Assembly: GCA_001600815.1 (NCBI GenBank)
Contig: BCKZ01000009.1
Location: forward strand, 848,803-912,802
DNA length: 64,000 nt
Reading direction: 5' to 3'
From: Alloascoidea hylecoeti
Taxonomy: Eukaryota
The notes below the pieces were generated by a model. It was not told where the DNA came from and searched no databases. It worked only from the letters and a program-made list of their open reading frames with translations. Of the stretch, positions 24,170 to 35,263 are shown piece after piece (positions within the stretch are counted from its first letter, which is position 1; the number at the start of each line of letters is the position of its first letter). The translations under genes were made by a program, and so were the position numbers.

Positions 24170-27100
24170 TCCTAAACACAGTAAACGATTTATTCCTTTG
24201 AGTTTAGTGATTAATATTAAAGAGAGGGGATAGGAGTATATTTATATAGACGAAACATAATATATTAAATAATGTGGAGCTGCTCATATTGCAGAAGAAT
24301 TTCAAGGGTTTTTTCTAATTGCAATGTATAATCGATCGTACACAAAACTAAGACAACATATAATTATGTAGGTATAAGTAGGATGCATGTCCCGAGAACA
24401 AAAGAATAAAATATTATTATGTTAGAAATTATATTGTTGTTTAACAGTTTTTCTGACTAGAATTAAACACCTGAAGAATGGCTATGGCTACAACAAAATA
24501 ACAGTAAATATATAATTCTTGAAAGATGTTCCAGCCAGATTATTCTAACGCACCCCAAACATACTATTCAATAGTATTCATATATTTATATAGCTAGCTA
24601 GGATGTCATCTTTTTTGTTGGGTTATTGCATAAAAACTTTACATTTTTAGAAGATACAATTGCAAACTGAAGACAATTCTATACTTATAAGGAACTGTTT
24701 TAAGCGTATCACACCAACATCTCAATTGTAATTAATGGCCAAGATATTTGTAAGTATTGGCAATTGGGAGTCAATTTAGGGACTTTAATCATATCAGAAT
24801 ATAAACGAAGTTTCTACTTATGATTCAGCTGCATATTATAAGTTAATTAAGCTTAATAACTTGACAGTCTATAGTTGAATATTATTATAATATTAAAGTT
24901 TATATATAGAATCATTATGGATGGAAGCTCAAGTAATTGGTAAAGTTAAAAGCTTTGAGTTTTAGATACTCAAATATTATATAAAAGGGCATAGATCCTC
25001 CGAAACATATATTTCTTCCGAGAACATGTATCTACCCAAAAGCACTTATATAATTGATAGCAATTGATTAAAACACGATATTTCATGTGAGACAACTTTA
25101 TATAATTATGATTATCCATTTCTGGATATTACTATATTTGTGAAATCAATTAGTCAAATATCAATTAGTCTAATATTCACCTTAATTGAGTCTGATATTA
25201 GACTCGAAAATCGGTAGTCTATACGTAACAAAGTATTAGTATTTAATAATATTGTTTCACTCAATACAGTTCAACTTTTAATATATAAACTAAATGATTT
25301 TTCCATATTAATCGCAGACACTTAATTAAGCTTCATTATATATAAAGAGATCTCTATGGCGATTCAGAACAGTGTATACTTAAAAGATTATAGAAACATT
25401 CTAGATCTACTATGATAGTACAAGCTTAGTTATTAATTTTATTTATGGATATATAAGCTGGTAATAGTAACCAAATTAAACAGTACTGCAGTTCAGAGAA
25501 TAGAATATAACTTGAAAAGTTTCGAACATGATGAGGTTGTAATGTTTAAATCAGCCATTCACAAATTTGTAAAGGCCTGGATCCGTATATCTGGCTATGT
25601 CACGCCTTAATATGAAAGATGGTGATTCGTTTCGTATCATGATTCATGATATATCTTGTTATCTTGATACAATAATACATTTGATCATGAATCGCGCTAC
25701 GTGTAAGAAACTTATACTAGTATTGAACCAACTGAGCTCTAGTGCTAAAACCGGTCCCAAACTCCACACCAATACCAATTAGGTTTTTCACAACGAGTAC
25801 GTACACTGTACGTGTAAATTCAATTTAAATCCATGGCCTTATATATATGTATAAAAACTGATCATGAAGTAAGCCATTTCTTAATTATAACGTTACAATA
25901 ATAGCGCAAGTTATTTTTTATATAATATTGAGCTCTATAACTTATGGGTTTGGTTCGAAATTCGATTTCATTATTATATTTATATAACCTTCGATATATC
26001 AATTGAACAACCAACAAACTGTTGTTATTTAATATTGTGCTTAATTATAATAATATTTTTGGATAGTTGAACAATTGTTGGAATTTGTTTATTGATGGGA
26101 GGAACTTTTTTGTAGGTAATTTTCATCCTGGTCATTCTTTCGCTATAACTAACAAGTTTTAATTTAATTCAATCAATATATTAATTGCAAGAGGGAAGTT
26201 TTAAGGTAAAACAAGCGCTAAAACTGGTATTAAATGCGTATATATATAGGGCTTACATCTACATCTGCAATATTTACCCAGTCAATTAGCGCTAGCTCGA
26301 TACCAGTTTAATTTGCAACTGTAGCCGGCCAACTGAATACATACTGGCACGTATATCTAAGATTTAAACCATATAAATTAAAAGCACTTGAATTGATAAT
26401 ATTGTATTGTATATGCTATAAACTTTATTCTATATAGTGAATTACTATTAGTGATAATGAATTGATAAGACTCATAAGAGTAATGATTCTTCTGAAACAC
26501 TTTTTGTTTATTTTCAAAATAAAACATGCACCCTGATCTACTGTAACTATAAGACTTCTGACTAAAAATATATAAATATGAATTCTTTAGTAATATTACG
26601 TAACAAACAATAGATGCAACTATCTCAATATAACTGGAGCATAGTTATTCGGTATGGATGAATCAATATAATTATATAGGGTATAAGTCCCGGTTGTACA
26701 TGGATTTTTATCTAAACCCTCTAGATCTTATAATTAAGTCGATACAGTATTGAAAGCTTATAATTCTTATGCCCTTAATTAAGCTTGAAATTAGAATAGT
26801 GTGGTATTCATTGCAATTAATTAATGTATTACCATGGCATATGTTCAACTTCTGACAAATAGTATTATTGAAATTAAAATCTGGAATCACTTTTATATGC
26901 ACTGTAGTCATTCTAGTTAATTCATCACATGGCCAATTATTCAGTTTGCAAGGTGGTTGAATAGTTAGTCCTCCACTCGGCCGAAATTAAGTAAAATGGC
27001 TGTAATATATCATAGCCTATAGTTTAGCGTGCCGATAATGTATAAATCAAAAGTGGTAAGATACCTTATCATATATATATATTTAAACATAATTGTGCAT

Positions 27101-29269
27101 GAATCTTATAACATCAATTAATATGTATATATATATATATATTTGTTGGTTAGTACCACTCTTAAAACAGTTCACAAGGAACCACCCATTATTCACGATT
27201 TTAACAATTACGCAGATAAATTTTTTAATTTTCGATTAGTTATAACTTATGTTATATACCGTGCAAAGTTCAAACCCCATATCTGTGTCTATGAATTATT
27301 AATTAATATTGCAAATATATACCATATTATAAAGCTTAAGTTGATAAATTACAAGTGAGCGCATGGATCATTAATTAATTAATGTAACAGATTTTTATTG
27401 ACACATTCATTAACATAATAGAAACTTTCCAACACATTATATTTGCAGTTGTTTTCATTTCATGATCTGCTTGATAAAGAATATAATGAATAATATTGAT
27501 CTATAAGTTTAAATTTGTTTTATCTTTTGTGTGTTCATTTCCATGTATATACTTTATAAGATTATATAATGTCGTACGTGGAATATACCGGTACAACTAA
27601 TGTGGCTGCGGTAAAGACCCTTTGTCTTATAATTATTCGTTAATGTTGCAATTGTTTTAGTGTGAATTTCTGTAAAATTCAGGCGCTTAATATCTTTATA
27701 CCATAACATGTTATAATTATATAGATTCATTATAAACAAATTAAAGCCTTGACAACATTTATTACATGTTATACTTAAGCTTTTGTTATGTGGGTACGCA
27801 CTACGCAGATATGCATATAGAGAAAGATATAGTAAAATATTTTGGTTATATGATAACTTATAATTATAAGGATTCTATCTTCTCTATATATATTATATAC
27901 TTATTACTTATAGATCAGGAATCATGACATCTACCGTCCATCCATAATTAACCTTAATCTAATCAGCCTTACTTTGTCCTCATGCCGCTAGTCTAGGGTT
28001 TCCAACATCTTTAAGTAGGGAACATTTCATATGTGTATGTCTAGTTAGGGAATAGTAAGGATCAATCGTATAAATTTCAAATTGATGTCTTCAACCTAAT
28101 TATAATTGGATTTTATCATACCTGTTACTTTATAATTTAATTACTTGCAACTTTTATAAATCAATCAATTTACTATTACAAATTCAAATGTACAATCATT
28201 CAAAAAAAATTGAGCTTACAATCCATTAAGATCTGAAAATGTAGTGAATATTAGTATATCGATATCATAAATCATCACATCCATCCTGCTTTTTACGGTA
28301 TAGTATCATAATTAGATGGATATAACGCTAGGGCGAATTAACCTTATCTGCTTTTTCGTAAATATAATCTTTCCTTTCTGAAACAGTGTACATGTATATT
28401 AGGTATTATATAATTAATATCATCTTACCTAAAACTCAAGTATCGGCACTTTTAACCGAGATACATGTATAAGTTATAGTATTAAAGATTACGATTAAAG
28501 AAGATCATTATTCTTATAAATTAAAATTATCAATTTATAATTAAAAATTAATATTATTTGGCTATGAACTTAGTTAACATGGTTGGATATAATTAAGCAT
28601 ATATAAGGCTATTCGTATTCACTATTTATACCTGAAAATAAATAAATTTCAAATTTAGTGGTAAACAAGCCGTGTACATATGTGTCAAATTCTCAAATAA
28701 AATGCATAGAAGGAAATTTAATTATATTAATATTATATAGTTTCATCTATTAGTTATGAATATAATATTATATATATTTGTTATATATTATATATCATAT
28801 ATGGAATCGTAATTCAGAAATGTAAGGCGAAGAAGCTGAGCCGCTCGAGTTTATTATTGAAATCTACAAATTTCCAATAGTTCTATTGTCAATTTGTCAG
28901 TATCGAGTCTATTGACGTCAATGCACTCTATTTTTAGAGGCTACGGCTTCCGTTCAATGAATGATGATGTTATACCGGTATGCAACAGTTTTAATTCAAG
29001 GTTCTGGTTGAGCTTAAATTGTTAAAAAAGGTGGTGCTGTATATGCACATATGCATGATGGCATGGGCAAAATTGTAATGTATAGCATAATACTGTATTA
29101 ATAGCTATAGTAATTAAGTATAATATTTCCAAATCTACATTATAGCTACTCAGCTAAGTTAAGCTGAGCTGTCTAGAAAAAGATTTTATCTATCAGTGTT
29201 AACATTTCTAATAACATGTTATAAACTAATAGATATATCGATAAGGTGGGTTCGATAGCACCATAAGAA

Positions 29270-30394
29270 GCACAAAAACTAAAAAAGAATTAAATTTAAC
29301 AAAACCATTTATTGTTTATTTAAATAAATATATCACTAGTGAGACCTAAGAGAATATATAAGGCAGTTTCTTCTATAGATTCTAAAAGTTTTTGGTTTCA
29401 ATAAACAGGTGGAATACATCGTAAAAGATGAAGGCATGCATATGTTCTTCATCGCTCACCATCCATATCCACGATTTCATCAATGTTAAGAATATACACA
29501 AATACACAATTTTGGAAATCCCCTTCACACCTGAATCAACGCTATAATGTGACACATTCAAGTTTTCCTGTGGATTGAGAGCTTTGGGTGTGTCTGGTAC
29601 ATCTATGAACTAAGCGCTGTAGGCTCAAGCAGATGGACATTAGAACTTTTGAGACCCTATTAATTAGTTAAGTTTTTATATTTTTCTACATAAAACCTTA
29701 CAGTTTATGTTTTATCCTGATTGGGAACAATGCATGATCGTATAATTATGACAGATATATCCATAATCATTGCATATTTGTCATATGGATGGGCCCATAT
29801 TTGTTTTTAAAATTCGCAAGTATGTTTTTGGAGTTTAATTAGTTTGGACACTTATCATTATATAGCTCCATGAACTCAGATTTGTGAAATTCTGTGCATG
29901 CCGACGAACGTAAATGTTTTTCATTATTCTGCTTGTGTAACTTGAAGGCAGTTTGAAGAAGAAGTGGAGTGATGGAAGAAACACAACTAAGCCGATAGAA
30001 GATAGGTCCATTTCAAAGGAAGATGATAAATTTGCTTGAGCCTACAGCGCTTAGTTCATAGATGTACCAGACACACCCAAAGCTCTCAATCCACAGGAAA
30101 ACTTGAATGTGTCACATTATAGCGTTGATTCAGGTGTGAAGGGGATTTCCAAAATTGTGTATTTGTGTATATTCTTAACATTGATGAAATCGTGGATATG
30201 GATGGTGAGCGATGAAGAACATATGCATGCCTTCATCTTTTACGATGTATTCCACCTGTTTATTGAAACCAAAAACTTTTAGAATCTATAGAAGAAACTG
30301 CCTTATATATTCTCTTAGGTCTCACCAGTGATATATTTATTTAAATAAACAATAAATGATTTTGTTAAATTTAATTCTTTTTTAGTTTTTGTGC
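29270..30394. repeat. Near-perfect long inverted repeat: arms 29270-29631 and 30033-30394 (362 bp), spacer 401 bp
   Basis: Manual reverse-complement alignment found only two mismatches; TATATAAG at 29355-29362 and its mirror at 30302-30309. Confidence 0.97.
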
Positions 30395-30999
30395 AAGTGT
30401 GACCGAACTCACTATAAACTTTACACACCTATATCTTTTTTGAGATAGGACGCTCCTAAAGTAATTTTTCACAAACTGATATAAAGGTAAGAAAAGTATG
30501 TTGTTTTTATCATAATATTATGATCTATTTTCTAATGAAAATAGAACTTCAGTTGCTTTAGATTATCGAGAAGATAATAATTATAAGTAATCCTAGTTGT
30601 TAACAATTTTATTAATTGTAGAGTCACTGTAGCTGTAGACCTAGATCTGAGGGGAAAATAAACGTAATGGGTGCTGTAGCTGTACCTATACTAGTATATT
30701 CTTTATGTTTATTTTATTTCAAACTTCACTTAACCTAGAACATTCCCATTTGATTCAAGGTTGTTATAAAATAAATATAAAGATGAAAATTTAAAAAGAG
30801 TAATCAATTATATAGCTGTCAAATGTGAAAATAAGATAACTCAATAAATTAATAAATATTCACGATTAATATACTTACTGAAGTTACCATTATTAAGAAT
30901 TTCGAACAATGAAACAGACAACATAATAATCAAGAGAATTCTTTCAAATTTAGAATTTTGCTGTTAGTATTATATGACGACGATTGTAACATTAACGTA

Positions 31000-31109
31000 T
31001 AGTAGTAGTAGTAGTACTAGTAGTAGTACTAGTAGTCGTGTAAATGTAAGGCCTTACAAGTATCAGAAATAATATGAGAACCAAAAAAAAAAAAAAAAAA
31101 AAAAAAAAA
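31000..31109. repeat. (TAG/AGT)n microsatellite (31000-31036) and 27-nt poly-A run (31083-31109)
   Basis: Read directly. Confidence 0.9.
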
Positions 31110-32130
31110 CGCTTGGATAATGGGTTTGTGGATTCTTTAGTTTAAGCATTAAGCTTGTTCTTCAATGAAAATCATAGTAACTGATCTTTTTAAAGTGATA
31201 GATAACATCATAACTCATATTATTAAACACATTAAAATAATAAATCCAACTTTGATAAAATATTTGGTTTCAAAATCAGCATATTTGTTATTTTTTAGGG
31301 GGATGATACTTCCGTGAACTTTTTAGATCAATTGAATTCAAACATAGTGCTTTATTTTAAAATTCTTTTATTTCACTAGTGTTTTTATATTCATATTCAA
31401 GTACTTAATCTAATAAAGAGAGGTTTGATAATTACACTAACTCTGCATTTTCTATGATTGATAAAATTCCCATAATATATTGATTAATAGTAGATTTGCT
31501 TTTCTGGATAACAGGTTTCTAGCTGAAAATACTCTTTATTCATTATTAATTAACATGGTATATTATGATACCGATGAACAGGATATCCGTTTTTAGCACA
31601 ATTCGATAAGGACATACCAATAAAAATGAGATTTAAAGTATATGTAGAATTGGGAATTGAAATTATTGTCACAGGAATAGTGTGACTGATCATCAAATGT
31701 TATAAATGTCGAAGAGAATCCACCATTAATAAATGATTGATTGCTACGATAGAGAGAAGCTTATACTAACTGCTCTATAGTCTTCAGATTGTAAAAAGAT
31801 ATATTTTTACTGTCAAATTCCTTTTCAATTTTTAAAATGTTTTTCCATTTCCATTACATAAAGAATCATGATACTAGTATCACTACCCGATTCCTCAGCA
31901 ACTCATTAGGATGTAATGTAAATTTATCATAAAAATGAGCTCATGGGTATATTTTGCTAGTAAATTGGATATTGATACGAAAACTCACCTGCTACACTTA
32001 TGTAATATTAATTATTTCCATATTAATCTGATTCGGGATTTGGTAAGATCAACACACGTTTAGTTCTATACAGGATAAGAACATTGAAGAATGGAGAGAT
32101 CCCAAGTCCAGAAAATTATAAGACTATATT

Positions 32131-32864
32131 TGTTATACATATGGATACTAGTTTTATTAATTCACCTTTTGCCTATTCATCATTAGATATTCATGCATAG
32201 TTAAATAGTTAGTTATCTACCTATATAAATAGAAGATTTTCCTGATATATTTTAGAAGAACAAGATTTATTTCGACTACATATATCATCTTACCAAAGTA
32301 GATTCGATTCTAAGTCATCAACAATATAACATGGAGGTCTTGCTCTATGCGTTTTACCTCGCCCTAGGTCTCATTCAATGGATCATTATCCAATCTGGAT
32401 ACGAACCCAGTGTTTATCAGGAACAGTTACTGGGCACATCGAATTTTGGCCGACTAGAGGAGAATAGCTGCAGCTACAAAACCCCATTCTTGTCAATTAC
32501 CGAACTTCTCACAATTATTAAGGAATTTGTTTTTAACCGGTTTCATCTCGTTCTCTTTTGTTTTCATGGGATTATGGCCTTCTTCGTGACAATATATCAG
32601 GGTAGTCTCACTATTTTTCGTTTAGTTGTCCCCTATGTGGAAGTCCTCATCCGGGCAAGACCTCCATGTTATACTGATGATTTAGAATTGAATCTACTTT
32701 GGTAAGATGATATATGTGGTCGAAATAAATCTTGTTCTTCTAAAATATATCAGGAAGATCCTCTACTTATATAGGTAGATAATTAACTATTTAACTATGC
32801 ATGAATATCTAATAATAAATAGACAAAAGGTGAATTAATAGAGCTAGTAGCCATATGTAAAACA
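32131..32864. repeat. Inverted repeat: arms about 32131-32343 and 32655-32864 (roughly 90 percent identical), spacer 311 bp; each arm carries TATA, leader and ATGGAGGTCTTGC
   Basis: Manual alignment. TATATAAA at 32222-32229 and TATATAAG at 32773-32766 (minus); ATG at 32331 (plus) and 32667 (minus). Confidence 0.95.
32331..32705 (+). CDS. Hypothetical 124-aa hydrophobic ORF inside the inverted repeat
   Basis: Open frame with aacATGG start context and a TATA box about 105 bp upstream; no recognisable family. Confidence 0.3.
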   Translation: MEVLLYAFYLALGLIQWIIIQSGYEPSVYQEQLLGTSNFGRLEENSCSYKTPFLSITELLTIIKEFVFNRFHLVLFCFHGIMAFFVTIYQGSLTIFRLVVPYVEVLIRARPPCYTDDLELNLLW

Positions 32865-33520
32865 ATATTGAATATTTCTTCCTTTGTTATCGTGAATAAT
32901 GCTTTAAGCCTTTCCATCGACAAAATATTCGGAAAACTAGATGAATTATATATATAAATAAATTGGCATTATTTAATACAAACTACAGATTTGGCGTTTT
33001 ATTCCCGTTTGAAGGCCGTTTCAGAAGCAATATAAGATAAGAATGATCGGACCAACTGTATGACCTACTACAACAATTACCAATGCCATATGATCTAAAA
33101 TCATTTGATTTACTCTTCGATTGGAATTTTTATAGCTATGGCTGAGATTTATATTAAGTATTAATGGGAGATTTTGCAGACTATATAATATTTATATGTT
33201 TGATTATAGAAGGATAAATTTCTATGGCTGCAATACTATTTACAATTTTTTCTTTTTTCATCTTGATTTTCCTAACTAGATCTCGATTCACTCTTAAGCT
33301 TGATTAGCTTCTTCGTTTTCTTCTTCGATTTTTCCTTATCAAGTGTTTAACAGGAATAAACATAGTGATTAATATTAATATTACTAAGCATACTAGCATT
33401 TTAACTATTGATCGTGGGGATTAATTGATTAATTGTCATTGCAGTTGATCAAATTTAATATAGGTATAAATTGTTTAATCGGTATTTCTATGACCATTAT
33501 TACTTTAAATTATGGTAATT

Positions 33521-35263
33521 TCAGCTATCAGATTGTTTTTCTTCATCATTTGTCTTTGAAGTTTTGTTTTGTTTTTCAACTTCAACAACTTCGACTCTTT
33601 CATTTGTTGTAAAACAACCAAAGATAAAGCCCACTATTGATAATGCAAGGGCAAAATACATCACATTTCTAATTGCTTTAGCTACTTCTTCTAAAACAAT
33701 TGATTTTACATCATCAGGTAATTGTTTAATAAGGTCAGGCGAATTCATTAATTGTAATGGATCAGTTATACCATATTTTGAAGGAGTTTCTGTTTGCCCT
33801 TCAAAAGCAGTTGCAATATAACTTTTCACAGATGATGAGAATATTGTTTGTGCTACATCGGTTGCTATTGTTGCACCTAGTGATCTTGAAAAATTAACAA
33901 GTGATATTGCTAAAATTGTACCACCATTATTCCGTGGAGCGGACATTTGTGCACTCATCATTGATGATTGAAATAATAATCCAACACCCATACCTGGTAA
34001 TATAAGATATCCAATTCGTGCACCGATATTTGAGTGAACATCTAAAAGTGTCAGTAAGCCACAACCAATTGGACCACAAATTGTACCGAATAGCAAAATT
34101 GGTTTAATATATCTTGTTTTAGCCATTACTATCCCACTCCCCATAGAGCATACAGTTGTAGCTATGATCATTGGTAATAAATCAATACCACTTCTCCAGG
34201 CAGATACACCTCTTACTACTTGGAAATAAACGGCTAAGAACACAACACATGCCATGAAATAAGAGAAAATAAAAGCCATTGATAAGGCAGCAGATAGACA
34301 TTTGAACTTTCTAACTATTCTCCAAGGGATCAATGGGTCTTTTGAGAATCTAAAGTTCCAAACAATAAAGCCTACAACAAGTAATCCACCAAGAACAAAA
34401 CATAATATAATTGCAGAAGAATCCCAATCAAAGTCAACACCACCCCAAGTTAACGCAAGTAATACTAAAACTACACCAGCTGAAACTAGAAAGGTTCCAA
34501 TATAATCAACATGTTTTAACTTTTCTTTTATAGATCCTTTTGGTTTTGGAGGGTTAAAAACAATCATTAAAAATAGAAAAGCAACACCCCCGATAGGTAA
34601 ATTAATATAAAAGCACCATCTCCAGGTAACATGAGTTGTGAAAGCACCACCAATAAGAGGACCAATAACAGAAGAAATAGCAAAGGCGGCACCAATTAAT
34701 GCAAATGAAAAACCTCGGTGTTGGATAGGTACAATTTCCGAAGCTATAATATTTGAAAGACATTGAATTCCACCACCACCAATTCCCGCAATTACTCTAC
34801 CACCGATTAATAAATCCATTGAATTTGCTAGAGCACATATTAAAGAGCCAATTTCAAATAGTATTATAGATACTAACATTGTTGATTTTCTTCCAAATAT
34901 AATTGATATTTTACCCCACGTCGGGGCCAAAACAGCGACAGGTAACATGAAACCAGAGGTCAGCCATCCAATTTTTGTAAAACCATTAAACTCATCACCA
35001 ACAGTTGAAAGTATAGTAGAAACAATGGTTTGATCTAAAGCAGATAAAAAAATTGACAACAAAATCGCACCAGAGCATAATATTAATTTAACTCCGTGCA
35101 AGTATTGATCAGCTGCGACGGTCCCATCGCCAGCATCTTCTATTCGGGAATCTTCTTTTCTTAAAGACTGTGATCGTGACTGAGACTGTGATTGTGAATT
35201 TGTTGGAGAAAGAATAACGCTATGATTCTCATCCTCAATACTTTTGTTGGTATCGTGGCTCAT
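33521..35263 (-). CDS. MFS 14-TM drug:H+ antiporter (DHA2; Azr1/Sge1-like)
   Basis: LSALDQTIV, WGKISIIFGRK, GRVIAGIGGGG, GPLIGGAFT.HVTWRWCFYINLPIGG. Confidence 0.93.
   Translation of the reverse strand: MSHDTNKSIEDENHSVILSPTNSQSQSQSRSQSLRKEDSRIEDAGDGTVAADQYLHGVKLILCSGAILLSIFLSALDQTIVSTILSTVGDEFNGFTKIGWLTSGFMLPVAVLAPTWGKISIIFGRKSTMLVSIILFEIGSLICALANSMDLLIGGRVIAGIGGGGIQCLSNIIASEIVPIQHRGFSFALIGAAFAISSVIGPLIGGAFTTHVTWRWCFYINLPIGGVAFLFLMIVFNPPKPKGSIKEKLKHVDYIGTFLVSAGVVLVLLALTWGGVDFDWDSSAIILCFVLGGLLVVGFIVWNFRFSKDPLIPWRIVRKFKCLSAALSMAFIFSYFMACVVFLAVYFQVVRGVSAWRSGIDLLPMIIATTVCSMGSGIVMAKTRYIKPILLFGTICGPIGCGLLTLLDVHSNIGARIGYLILPGMGVGLLFQSSMMSAQMSAPRNNGGTILAISLVNFSRSLGATIATDVAQTIFSSSVKSYIATAFEGQTETPSKYGITDPLQLMNSPDLIKQLPDDVKSIVLEEVAKAIRNVMYFALALSIVGFIFGCFTTNERVEVVEVEKQNKTSKTNDEEKQSDS

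Noticed and set aside
29270..30394. Firm call as two solo LTRs or a MULE/DIRS element
   Set aside because: No 4-5 bp or 9 bp TSD in any flank combination checked, the left arm lacks the terminal TG, and no internal complementary region or transposase was seen; kept only as alternatives.
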